64,000 nt of DNA from Corallococcus coralloides DSM 2259 (lineage in GTDB: Bacteria; Myxococcota; Myxococcia; Myxococcales; Myxococcaceae), in contig NC_017030.1 of the NCBI RefSeq assembly GCF_000255295.1, positions 6,166,328-6,230,327 on the forward strand, given 5' to 3'. A program made the translations under genes and the position numbers. The notes under the pieces were generated by a model. It searched no databases. It was not told the DNA's origin and worked only from the letters and a program-made list of their open reading frames with translations. This document shows positions 1 to 8,601 of the stretch, piece after piece. Position 1 is the stretch's first letter. Each line of letters opens with the position of its first letter.

Positions 1-664
1 CGCGTCCGGCATGGAGGAGGTCAACGCGAACATCCGCGAGGTGGCGCGCAACGCGAGCTCCGCCGCCAAGGTGGCCGCGTCCGCGGTGAAGCTCGCGGAC
101 TCCACGTCCAACGTCGTCGGCAAGCTGGGGACGAGCAGCCAGGAGATTGGCAAGGTCATCAAGGTCATCACCTCCATCGCGCAGCAGACGAACCTGCTGG
201 CGCTCAACGCGACCATCGAAGCGGCCCGCGCCGGTGAGGCGGGCCGGGGCTTCGCGGTGGTGGCCAACGAGGTGAAGGAGCTGGCGCGCGAGACGGCCCG
301 CGCCACGGAGGACATCGGCCAGAAGATCGGCACCATCCAGGGCGACACCGAGGAGGTGGTCAACGCCATCCTGGAGATTGGCGCCACCATCAGCCGCATC
401 AACGAGCTGCAGACGTCCATCGCCTCCTCCGTGGAGGAGCAGACGGCCACCGCGGGGGAGATCCTCCGCAACGTGGGCGAGGCCGCCAAGGGCAGCCAGC
501 AGATCTCCGAGAACATGGCCGCCGTGGCGGAGGCCGCGCGCAGCACCACCGAGGGCGCGGGCAGCACGCAGCGCTCGGCGGTGGAGCTGGCCCACATGGC
601 GCAGTCGCTGCAACGGCTGGTCGTGCAGGTGGACACCTCCGACAAGCAGGCGCGGACGAAGTAG
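1..664 (+). CDS. Methyl-accepting chemotaxis protein, C-terminal signalling domain (5' truncated by window edge)
   Basis: The translation contains the canonical MCP signalling core, [35 protein letters not shown]. The ORF is open to the window start, and CheB/CheR lie downstream. Confidence 0.85.
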   Translation, partial: ASGMEEVNANIREVARNASSAAKVAASAVKLADSTSNVVGKLGTSSQEIGKVIKVITSIAQQTNLLALNATIEAARAGEAGRGFAVVANEVKELARETARATEDIGQKIGTIQGDTEEVVNAILEIGATISRINELQTSIASSVEEQTATAGEILRNVGEAAKGSQQISENMAAVAEAARSTTEGAGSTQRSAVELAHMAQSLQRLVVQVDTSDKQARTK

Positions 665-864
665 CGCGGGTGGCGTCAGGCCCACGGAGCCACGACACGT
701 GCGCACCGGATTGAAGCAGTGGTGGGAGCTGGGCCAGGTGGCCCGTGCCTCCATGCAGGCGCGGACGAAGTAGCGCGGACGGCATCAGGCCCACGGAGCC
801 ACGACACGTGCGAACCGGATTGAAGCGGTGGTGGGAGCTGGGCCAGGTGGCCCGTGCCTCCACG
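647..864. repeat. 109-bp direct tandem duplication (2 copies, ~95% identical)
   Basis: The copies are 647-755 and 756-864. Each contains CAGGCGCGGACGAAGTAGCGCGG...GGTGGCCCGTGCCTCCA(T/C)G. Copy 1 includes the MCP stop codon. Confidence 0.8.
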
Positions 865-2337
865 CGCCTGCGGCGGGTGTCCCGGCCCCAGGACGCGGAG
901 CGAGCGCAGCGGGAGCTGACCGAGCGGCTGTTGGGTCTGCGCGGGCTGCCCCAGAAGGTGGGCCAGGTGCTCACGCTCGCGGAGCTGGGCGCGGACACGC
1001 CGGGGTTCGGTTCGCTCGCGGAGGCGCCCTCCCCGCTCGCGCCGGAGGCCGCGCTGACGGAGGTGTCCCGCCGGCTGGGCCGCCCGTGGCGGGAGGTGTT
1101 CCAGTCGCTGGAGGGCGTGGGCATCGCCGCGTCGCTGGGCCAGGTGCACCGAGGCGTGCTGCATGACGGGCGCGACGTAGCGGTGAAGCTGCGGCATCCG
1201 GGCATCGCGGAGGCCGTGCGGGATGATCTGCGCGCGCTGGGGTGGCTGGCCGCGCCGCTGGGAGGCTGGCGCGGGAAGTTGGATCTGTCCGCCTACCGCC
1301 ATGAGCTGGCCCGCATGCTCCAAGGCGAGCTGGACTATCGCCACGAGGCCCAGGCCCTGCGGGACGCGGGCACGCGCATGGCGGACGTGCCGGGCGTCGT
1401 CGTCCCCGCGCCAGTGGACGCGCTCACGCGGGAAGACCTGCTGGTGATGACCTGGGTGGAGGGCGTGTCGCTCGCGGATGGCTGGCGCTGGAGCGAAGCG
1501 GACCGCCGCGCGCTGTCCACGACACTGGTGCGGCTGTTCCTCCACGGCTGCTTCACGTGGGGAACGCTCCACGCGGATCCGCACCCGGGTAACTACCGCG
1601 TCTCGCGGGGGCCGGACGGGACGCCCGTGCTGGGCGTGCTCGACTTCGGCTGCGTGAAGCCCCTGCCTCCGGAGCTGTCCGTGGGTCTGGGACGGTTGGT
1701 CTCACTCCTCAAGGGTCCGAGCACGCCGCCGCGCACGGAGCAGCTCCTGTCCGCGTGGGTGATGCTGGGCTTCGCGCCGGAGCTGCTGGAGCCCATGGCG
1801 GAGGCGCTGCCCGCCGTCAGCCGCGTGCTGCTGGAGCCCTTCCTCCTGGACCGTCCCTTCCATGCGCGAAGCTGGCGGCTGGGCGAGCGGCTCACCGAGG
1901 CGCTGGGGCCGCACCGCTGGAACTTCCGCGCGGCCGGGCCCGCGGCGCTCCTGTTTGTCCTGCGCGCGTTCCACGGGCTGGTGCGCCACCTGGACGTGCT
2001 GGATGCGCCCATCGCCTGGGGGCCGCTTTGGGACGAGGCCCGCGCCCCGTCGCTGCCGCCTCCGCCTTCGCCACTGGAGCCGCGCGTGGAGGGCACCGCG
2101 CGCTACTTGAAGGTCCAGGTGACGGAAGGTGGGCACACGCGCGTCGCGCTGACCTTCCGCGCGGACGTGGCGGCGCACCTGGAGGACCTGCTGCCGGAGG
2201 ACCTGCCTCGCAAGCTGGCGGCGCGGGGCCTGGATGCGGCGGCCATGGGTATCGCGGCGGTCGCGGCGGGGCTGCGGCCGTCGGAGTTGTTCCACCTGGA
2301 CGAGGGCCCCCGGCGTGTCCGGGTCTGGCTCGAATGA
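745..2337 (+). CDS. ABC1/UbiB-family atypical protein kinase (start uncertain; GTG 745 or GTG near 877)
   Basis: Motifs are typical of the ABC1/AarF family: ELDYRHEAQALRD, MTWVEGVSL, and the catalytic-loop LHADPHPGN. The N-terminus overlaps a tandem duplication, so the true start is ambiguous. Confidence 0.7.
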   Translation: MPPCRRGRSSADGIRPTEPRHVRTGLKRWWELGQVARASTRLRRVSRPQDAERAQRELTERLLGLRGLPQKVGQVLTLAELGADTPGFGSLAEAPSPLAPEAALTEVSRRLGRPWREVFQSLEGVGIAASLGQVHRGVLHDGRDVAVKLRHPGIAEAVRDDLRALGWLAAPLGGWRGKLDLSAYRHELARMLQGELDYRHEAQALRDAGTRMADVPGVVVPAPVDALTREDLLVMTWVEGVSLADGWRWSEADRRALSTTLVRLFLHGCFTWGTLHADPHPGNYRVSRGPDGTPVLGVLDFGCVKPLPPELSVGLGRLVSLLKGPSTPPRTEQLLSAWVMLGFAPELLEPMAEALPAVSRVLLEPFLLDRPFHARSWRLGERLTEALGPHRWNFRAAGPAALLFVLRAFHGLVRHLDVLDAPIAWGPLWDEARAPSLPPPPSPLEPRVEGTARYLKVQVTEGGHTRVALTFRADVAAHLEDLLPEDLPRKLAARGLDAAAMGIAAVAAGLRPSELFHLDEGPRRVRVWLE

Positions 2338-2359
2338 CCTACGGACAAGGAGGTGACGG

Positions 2360-2695
2360 ATGGTCACCATCGGCATGAACTACGAAGTGCGTGAGGGCAA
2401 GGCGGAAGCCTTCGAGCGGAAGTTCGCGCTCGTGCTGGAGGCGATGCGCAAGCTGCCGACGCACGTGCACACGGAGCTGTTCAAGAGCGTGGGAGCGCCC
2501 GGGCGCTACCTCATCGTCTCCGAGTGGCACAGCCGCGAGGGCTTCGACGCCTTCATCGCGTCCGAGGCCTTCCACCGCGTGACGGACTGGGGCGCCAGCG
2601 CCATCCTCGCGAGCCGGCCGCGTCACGAGGTGTATGGGGAGAGGGCCTCCGGTGCCCCCATGGGCCGCTGCCCTGTCGCGCACGCGGTGCGGTGA
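2360..2695 (+). CDS. Antibiotic biosynthesis monooxygenase (ABM) domain protein
   Basis: The protein is about 100 aa with ABM-like features: YEVREGKAEAFERKF, and SEWHSREGFDAFIASEAFHRV. Confidence 0.6.
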   Translation: MVTIGMNYEVREGKAEAFERKFALVLEAMRKLPTHVHTELFKSVGAPGRYLIVSEWHSREGFDAFIASEAFHRVTDWGASAILASRPRHEVYGERASGAPMGRCPVAHAVR

Positions 2696-2706
2696 AGCGG
2701 GTGCGA

Positions 2707-3771
2707 ATGAACGCCATCCGGGTCCTGGTGGTGGACGACGCGGCCGTGGTGCGGCGCCAGGTGTCGCTGCTGCTGGGCGCGGCCCCGGGCCTGGAGGTCG
2801 TCGCCACCGCGCCCAATGGCCGCATCGCCCTGGCGAAGGTGGAGCAGTTCCAACCGGACGTCGTGCTGTTGGACCTGGAGATGCCGGAGCTGGACGGGCT
2901 GGAGACGCTGAAGCTCCTGCGCCAGCGTGACCCGGAGCTGCCCGTGGTGATGTTCAGCGCGCTCACCGAACGCGCGGGCGTGCTGACCCTGGAGGCGCTC
3001 GCGCTGGGGGCCCGCGACTACGTGACGAAGCCCACGTCCGTGGGAGGGATGAACATCACCGTGGAGGCCGTGCGGGATGAGCTGGTGCGCAAGCTCAAGG
3101 CGCTGAACGTGCGCACGCCGTCCGCTCCGCCTTCGCCGTCACCGGTGCCTCGCGAGCCCGTGGCCCGGCCGCGAATGCCCGCGCGGGTGGAGGCCATCGT
3201 CATCGGCGCGTCCACCGGCGGCCCGGGCGCGCTGGTGCGCCTGGTGTCCGCGCTCCCCGCGGACCTGCCGGTGCCGGTGCTCATCGTGCAGCACATGCCG
3301 CCCCTCTTCACCCGGCTGCTCGCGGAGCGGTTGCAGGGCGTGACACCGCTCACCGTGCGGGAAGCGGTGACGGGCGCCTCCGTGCAGGCGGGCGAGGTGT
3401 GGGTCGCCCCCGGCGACTTCCACCTGGCCGTGTGCCGGGATGCGACGGGCGTGCGGCTGCTCACACACCAGGGGCCGGCGGAGAACGCGTGCCGTCCGGC
3501 GGTGGACCTGCTCTTCCGCTCCGCGGCGGAGGTGTACGGCGCGGGGGTGCTGGCGGTGGTGCTCACCGGCATGGGCCAGGACGGGCTGCGCGGCTGCCGG
3601 CGGGTGAACGAGGCAGGCGGACAGGTGGTGGTACAGGACCAGGCCAGCTGCGTCGTCGGCAGCATGCCGGGCGCGGTGGAACAGGCGGGGCTGGCGGATG
3701 CCGTGATGCCCCTGGAGGCGCTGGCGTTGGAGCTGGCGCGGCGCGTGGATGCGCGCGGACGGAGGACCTGA
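2707..3771 (+). CDS. cheB: Chemotaxis response regulator protein-glutamate methylesterase CheB
   Basis: The N-terminal receiver matches VLVVDDAAVVR, LLDLEMPELDG and TKP. The C-terminal methylesterase matches VIGASTGGPGAL and LIVQHMPP. The start was chosen at MNAIRVLVVDD. Confidence 0.9.
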   Translation: MNAIRVLVVDDAAVVRRQVSLLLGAAPGLEVVATAPNGRIALAKVEQFQPDVVLLDLEMPELDGLETLKLLRQRDPELPVVMFSALTERAGVLTLEALALGARDYVTKPTSVGGMNITVEAVRDELVRKLKALNVRTPSAPPSPSPVPREPVARPRMPARVEAIVIGASTGGPGALVRLVSALPADLPVPVLIVQHMPPLFTRLLAERLQGVTPLTVREAVTGASVQAGEVWVAPGDFHLAVCRDATGVRLLTHQGPAENACRPAVDLLFRSAAEVYGAGVLAVVLTGMGQDGLRGCRRVNEAGGQVVVQDQASCVVGSMPGAVEQAGLADAVMPLEALALELARRVDARGRRT

Positions 3772-3773
3772 GC

Positions 3774-4664
3774 ATGTCCCTGCTTCCCGACGACTTCGCG
3801 TACCTGCGGCAGCGCGTGCTGCGCCGCTCCGGGCTCGTGCTGGAGCCCGACACGTACGCGCTGGTGGAGACGCGGCTCACGCCCCTCATGCGCGAGGAGC
3901 GGCTGCCGGACCTCTCCGCCCTGGTCGCGCGGTTGCGCTCGCAGCCAGCGGGCAGTCCGCTGCACCAGCGCCTGGCGGAAGCACTGGCCAACCACGAGAC
4001 CGCCTTCTTCCGCGACGCGCCCGTCTTCGAGGCCCTGCGCACCACGGTGCTCCCCACCCTGCTGGCGAAGCGCGTCCGCACGCGAACGCTGCGCATCTGG
4101 TGCGCGGCGTGCGCCTACGGTCAGGAGCCCTACAGCATCGCGATGACGCTGGCCGAGGCCGGGCTCCTCATCACCGGGTGGACGGTGCGCATCCTCGCCA
4201 CCGACTTCTCCTCCCGCGCCATCGTGCGCGCCTGCGAGGCCCGCTACGACGCGAAGGAGATCCACCGCGGCCTGACGCCCGAGCTGCGCCAGCGCTACTT
4301 CCACCAGGAGCGCGATGGGTGGCGATTGAGCGAACAGGTGCGCAAGCCGGTGGAGTTCCGGCCGCTCAACCTGATGGACGACTTCCCGCTCGAAGCGCCC
4401 GTGGACCTCGTCTTCCTGCGCAACGTGATGATCTACTGGGACGCGTCCACCCGGCGCGCGGTGCTCGCCCGCGTGCGGCGGATGCTCCACGCGGACGGCT
4501 ACCTGGTGCTGGGCGCCGCGGAGGCCTCGCCCCTGGGGGAGGACGGCTTCACGCGGCACCTGATTGGCCAGACGAGCTGGTACCGCCCCACGCCCGCCTC
4601 GACTGGCGCCGGCGCGCCCTTGGAGGACGCGCGGCGCGCTCCCCGCTCCGGCGCTACACCTTGA
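3774..4664 (+). CDS. cheR: Chemotaxis protein methyltransferase CheR
   Basis: CheR motifs are present: ETAFFRD, LRIWCAACAYGQEPYSIAMTL, and LRNVMIYWD. The ATG lies 2 nt after the cheB stop (TGAGCATG). Confidence 0.9.
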   Translation: MSLLPDDFAYLRQRVLRRSGLVLEPDTYALVETRLTPLMREERLPDLSALVARLRSQPAGSPLHQRLAEALANHETAFFRDAPVFEALRTTVLPTLLAKRVRTRTLRIWCAACAYGQEPYSIAMTLAEAGLLITGWTVRILATDFSSRAIVRACEARYDAKEIHRGLTPELRQRYFHQERDGWRLSEQVRKPVEFRPLNLMDDFPLEAPVDLVFLRNVMIYWDASTRRAVLARVRRMLHADGYLVLGAAEASPLGEDGFTRHLIGQTSWYRPTPASTGAGAPLEDARRAPRSGATP

Positions 4665-5574
4665 GGCGGATGGCGCCCGGCAGCAGCGTCATGGTGCAGG
4701 GCAGCCGGCCCGGCGTCTCGCCGTCCACGTCCAGGAACACGTCGCCCGTCAGCGGCTCCGCGTGGATCGTGCGGCAGCGCAGCCGCCGCGTGCCCTTCCA
4801 GGTGACGTGGTCGCCGTTGTAGACGCCCTTGGACTTGAGGACGAAGTCGGACAGGCCGTAGTTGGACCAGATGGTGACGTCGAAGAGGCCGTCGTGCGTC
4901 ACCGCCTCCGGCGCCACGAACATGCCGCTGCCGAAGTAGCGGCCGTTGGCCACGGCCACCGCGGTGACGCTCACCACCTCCGGCTCGCCGCCGTCCACCG
5001 TGAGGCGCACCTGCTGCTCCTGGTACTTGATGAGGCCCTTCACGGTGCCCCACATGAAGCTCAGGTTGCCGCCCAGCGCCTTGCTGCCCTGGTTCACCTC
5101 GCGGGCCACCACCGCGCTCACGCCGAACGAGGCGATGTTGGCGAAGAAGCGCGTGGCCGGGTTGCCGTCGTTGTCGGTGAACTCCAGCCGCCCCACGTCG
5201 AAGGGCTCGGTCTTCTCCGTGCGCAGCCGCTCCAGCGCGGACGTCAGCTCCAGGTCCCACCCGAAGGTGCGGCGGAAGTCGCCGCCCGTGCCTCGGGGCA
5301 ACAGGCCCAGCGTGGCCCGGGGGTTGATGACCTGTCCTTCGCGGAAGAAGCCGTTGGTGACCTCGTTGAGGGTGCCGTCGCCGCCCACCGCGACGATGCA
5401 CTCATAGCCATCATCGATGGCCTGCCGCGCCAGACGCGCCGCATCCATGCCGCCGCTGGTGAAGCCGTACCCGAAGTCACCGAGCACCTTGCCCACCTGC
5501 GCGGAGATCTCCACCCATCGCTTCCCCGTCTGCCCGTTGGCGCTGCGCGGGTTGACCACGAGGAACGTCTTCAT
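4654..5574 (-). CDS. Diacylglycerol kinase catalytic-domain family lipid kinase (YegS/BmrU-like)
   Basis: Motifs match the DAGK family: LVVNPRSANGQ, CIVAVGGDGTLNEV, and LGLLPRGTGGDF. Confidence 0.8.
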   Translation of the reverse strand: MKTFLVVNPRSANGQTGKRWVEISAQVGKVLGDFGYGFTSGGMDAARLARQAIDDGYECIVAVGGDGTLNEVTNGFFREGQVINPRATLGLLPRGTGGDFRRTFGWDLELTSALERLRTEKTEPFDVGRLEFTDNDGNPATRFFANIASFGVSAVVAREVNQGSKALGGNLSFMWGTVKGLIKYQEQQVRLTVDGGEPEVVSVTAVAVANGRYFGSGMFVAPEAVTHDGLFDVTIWSNYGLSDFVLKSKGVYNGDHVTWKGTRRLRCRTIHAEPLTGDVFLDVDGETPGRLPCTMTLLPGAIRLKV

Positions 5575-5730
5575 TCAGTGCCTTCTCCCTGCTGCCAGAA
5601 CGGCCTGTTTACGCAATTGTGAGCCAAGGCTCCACTCCGTGACCCACCGGAGGGCCTCATCTCCCGGGGTTTTTGTCACCCGGCCCATCCATGCTGGGCT
5701 TCCAGCCCCCCGTTTCGTCCCGGATCCCGA

Positions 5731-6408
5731 GTGAAAGCCCCGTCCCCCACCGAGCAGCTCACACCCCACCGGGAGGCCACGCGCGCCCTGGACTGGGCGC
5801 TGCCCTCGCTCCGGGCGGACCTGGCCGCGGCGGCGCGGCAGCCCTTCCGGGAGACAGGGGCCCAGGAGGACTTCCTGTACCGGCATGACGCACCGGCCCA
5901 TGAAGACCAGGGCCCGGCGCGGACGGAGCGCTTCGAGCGGGCCCTGGCCCGGGTGCGGCGGCTCGCGGACGCGGGCGAGCCGCTGACCTTCGCCCGGCTG
6001 GTGGAGGTCCAGTCGGAGCTCCTGGGCGGGCCCACGGGCTTCCGCACCGGGGACGCCTTCGCGTGGGGGGGCGCGCACCGCTATGCGCACGCGCCCGGCC
6101 TGGAGGCGGCCTTCCGCGACAAGGTGGAAGCGGACGCGCGGGAGGAGCGTCATCCAGTGGCGCATGCCACGCGGCTGTACCTGGACCTGTGCTTCTTCCA
6201 CCCCTTCCCGGACGGCAACGCCCGCGCGGCGCGGCTGTGGCTGGAATACATGCTGCGCCGGGGCCGGCTGCCCACGCCACCGCTGGCGCCCGTGGTGCTG
6301 TGGCCCAAGCGGCCGGGTGACGCGGTGAACTACACGCGGCTGGCAAGGCTGCTGGCCCGGACCATCGCGGGGCCGGACGCCCCGTGCCGCAACGAGGTGC
6401 CTGAATGA
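5731..6408 (+). CDS. Fic/Doc-family protein with variant Fic motif
   Basis: The motif HPFPDGNARAARL resembles the Fic consensus HPFx(D/E)GNGRxxR, but has Ala at the second Gly position. Confidence 0.8.
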   Translation: MKAPSPTEQLTPHREATRALDWALPSLRADLAAAARQPFRETGAQEDFLYRHDAPAHEDQGPARTERFERALARVRRLADAGEPLTFARLVEVQSELLGGPTGFRTGDAFAWGGAHRYAHAPGLEAAFRDKVEADAREERHPVAHATRLYLDLCFFHPFPDGNARAARLWLEYMLRRGRLPTPPLAPVVLWPKRPGDAVNYTRLARLLARTIAGPDAPCRNEVPE

Positions 6409-7070
6409 GCAGTGACGCTTCGGCTTTCACGTGGCGCCGCATCCGCGACAGCCTGGATGCCTACTCACCGCAATCGCTGGCGTCCCGGCTGCGGGAGGCC
6501 CTGGCCCCGCTGCGGACCGGAAGCATCCACACCAGCCGGCTCAAGCAGGCGCAGAACGTCGTGAAGGACCTGCTCCAGGCCGAGCTGGGGCCCTGGTACG
6601 TCGAGAGCGGCCTGCCCCTGGGCAATGAAATGCTGGGGGGCTATTGCTGGTGTCACTCGTTCTTCAACCAGAACCCGCCGCATCGGACGTGGGATGTGGA
6701 TGAGAACATCCAGCTCATGCTGGACGCGCTGGAGCGGATCCGTTCGTTCCTGTACGCGCTGGACGGCGTGTATCAGGCCTCGCGCCGTCAGCTTGAGGCG
6801 GCCGCTGACGACAAGGCTCTCCGGGCGAAGGCGCTCGCGGAAGGGCTGGTGCGGACCGTGGACCTGACGGCGGAGACGACGTCCTGCGAGGAGACCTGGT
6901 ACCAAATCGCGCAGGACGCGATGACGTGGTGCATCGAGGCGATGGGACTGCCCTTGTCGGAGGCCACGCTGGAGCAGTTGGACACCGCCTTCGTCTTCAC
7001 GTCCTGGATTGCGCCTCCCCCGGAGGCTCTCCGTGAGGCGGCGGCGCGGGTGGCGGAGGGGGCCGTATGA
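6405..7070 (+). CDS. Hypothetical protein, paralog A of a tandem pair (GGYCWCH motif family)
   Basis: It overlaps the Fic stop by ATGA. It shares a conserved core with the next gene, LGPWYxExGLxLGNExxGGYCWCHxFF, plus IQLxxDALER. Confidence 0.6.
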   Translation: MSSDASAFTWRRIRDSLDAYSPQSLASRLREALAPLRTGSIHTSRLKQAQNVVKDLLQAELGPWYVESGLPLGNEMLGGYCWCHSFFNQNPPHRTWDVDENIQLMLDALERIRSFLYALDGVYQASRRQLEAAADDKALRAKALAEGLVRTVDLTAETTSCEETWYQIAQDAMTWCIEAMGLPLSEATLEQLDTAFVFTSWIAPPPEALREAAARVAEGAV

Positions 7071-7762
7071 GCAGGTCGGCCCTGGGGCACTGGCTGCTCA
7101 TCCGCGACAGCCTGGAGGGGTATGACCCGGAGAAGCTCATCCGGATGCTGCGCGAATACCTGGCGCCGCGCGTCCCCCCGGGGACGCGCAAGCTCACGGA
7201 CGAGCAGCACGACACGATGGCGAAACACATCCAGCGGATGCTCAACCAGAACCTGGGGCCCTGGTACACGGAGACGGGGCTGTATCTGGGCAATGAGAGC
7301 TTCGGCGGCTACTGCTGGTGCCACCGTTTCTTCGGACAGAAGCCCACGCCGAACATGAGCGTGGAAGCCAACATCCAGCTCATCATCGACGCGCTGGAGC
7401 GGTCGCGCGAATGGCTGTTCAAGCTGGATGCCCACTTCCAGGCGCTGAAACGGGACCTGCCCTCCGGCCCGGACGACAATGACATCCGGATGCTGGCCCT
7501 GGCGGATGGAATCGTCACCACGATGAACCTCACCATGGAGGCCACGGGCTGCGAGGAGGCCTGGTACACCTTCGCGGACCAGGCGCTGTCCTGGATGTTC
7601 GACGCCATCGGGCTGCGTCCGGGCTATCAGGCCGGGAAGCTGATGCGGAAGCTGTTCGCCTTCGAGTCCTGGCACTCGCCTTCCGAGTGGGAGCTTCGCG
7701 CTTCATCGGAGAAGGTGGCGGCGGCCGTCGTGGAGGACGAGGGCCGCCGCCACACGCACTGA
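7067..7762 (+). CDS. Hypothetical protein, paralog B of a tandem pair (GGYCWCH motif family)
   Basis: It overlaps paralog A by ATGA and is clearly homologous to it along the full length. Examples are RDSLEGYDP, LGPWYTETGLYLGNESFGGYCWCHRFF, and EEAWY. Confidence 0.6.
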   Translation: MSRSALGHWLLIRDSLEGYDPEKLIRMLREYLAPRVPPGTRKLTDEQHDTMAKHIQRMLNQNLGPWYTETGLYLGNESFGGYCWCHRFFGQKPTPNMSVEANIQLIIDALERSREWLFKLDAHFQALKRDLPSGPDDNDIRMLALADGIVTTMNLTMEATGCEEAWYTFADQALSWMFDAIGLRPGYQAGKLMRKLFAFESWHSPSEWELRASSEKVAAAVVEDEGRRHTH

Positions 7763-7774
7763 CGCACGCCCGCC

Positions 7775-8446
7775 TCAGTGGATGGGTTTGCCGCGCGTCA
7801 TCCGGCGGGCCTGCTCGCGCGAGCCTCCCTTCACCTCGATGCGCTTGCCCTGGGGCAGCGCCTCCGGGAGCTTCAAGGAGATTTCCAGGACGCCGTTCTC
7901 GAAGTTCGCCTGGACCGACTCCGTGTCGATGCCTTCCGGAAGCGGAATGGCGCGGCGGAACAGCCCGGTGCTGCGCTCCAGGCTCCAGACGCCTTCGGCC
8001 TCCTCTTCCTCCTCCAGCTCGAAGGAGCGTTCGCCTTCGATGATGAGCAGGTCCGGCTGCAGCTCGACGTAGATGTCCTCCTGCTTCATTCCCGGCAGGT
8101 CGGCCTTCACGATGAGGTTTCCGTTTCGCTCCAGCACGTCCACCTGCGGTGACCAGAGGCCCTCGTCCAGCACGCCGCTGCCGCGGGCGGTGAGGCCCCG
8201 GCCTCCCATGCCGGTGAAGAGCTGGTCCATGTCCCCCAGCATCCGGCGCAGCAGTCCGAACGGGCTCAGGGGCGCTGCTTCCCTGCCGATGGCGGGGGCC
8301 TGGGACTCGCGGCGGCTCATGCCAGCGCCCGTCCTGGGCTCCTGTCCCTGCGAGGCGGCGCCCGGCGCGTCGGCCTGGGCGTTCTTCACGGCGGGCGAGG
8401 AGGAGGGCCCCCCCTGCGCGCCTGGGTTCCTGTTGTCGGTTGCCAT
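7775..8446 (-). CDS. Hsp20/alpha-crystallin family small heat-shock protein with long disordered N-terminus
   Basis: The alpha-crystallin domain matches DVLERNGNLIVKADLPGMKQEDI and ANFENGVLEISLKLP. The start was chosen at MATDNRN, which follows a GGAGGA ribosome-binding site. Confidence 0.8.
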   Translation of the reverse strand: MATDNRNPGAQGGPSSSPAVKNAQADAPGAASQGQEPRTGAGMSRRESQAPAIGREAAPLSPFGLLRRMLGDMDQLFTGMGGRGLTARGSGVLDEGLWSPQVDVLERNGNLIVKADLPGMKQEDIYVELQPDLLIIEGERSFELEEEEEAEGVWSLERSTGLFRRAIPLPEGIDTESVQANFENGVLEISLKLPEALPQGKRIEVKGGSREQARRMTRGKPIH

Positions 8447-8601
8447 GACGTCCTCCCCCGGTGGAGCCGGCTGGCGCCCGGCCGCCGGACCGCACCGGTC
8501 ACTCAAGCGGGGATGGAATCATCCCAACTCCAAACGTGGAGGCGCGCGGCGGGACCATCAAGGGTCCGGGGCCCCGCGGTCTGGCATTCACGGGAACCCC
8601 G

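Noticed and set aside
399-1584. Long minus-strand ORFs (268 and 302 aa) antisense to the MCP and ABC1 kinase genes
   Set aside because: These are typical GC-rich shadow ORFs. Their translations are Arg/Pro/Ala-rich low-complexity sequence with no motifs. The sense-strand genes have clear family signatures.
3018-4559. 513-aa minus-strand ORF antisense to cheB and cheR
   Set aside because: It is a shadow frame of two well-supported genes. The translation is low-complexity.
6405-7762. The two Fic-adjacent paralogs considered as Fic antitoxins with the inhibitory (S/T)xxxE(G/N) helix
   Set aside because: The conserved LGNE segments do not fit the motif register. There is no Ser/Thr four residues before Glu, and no Gly/Asn after it. 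I made no antitoxin call.
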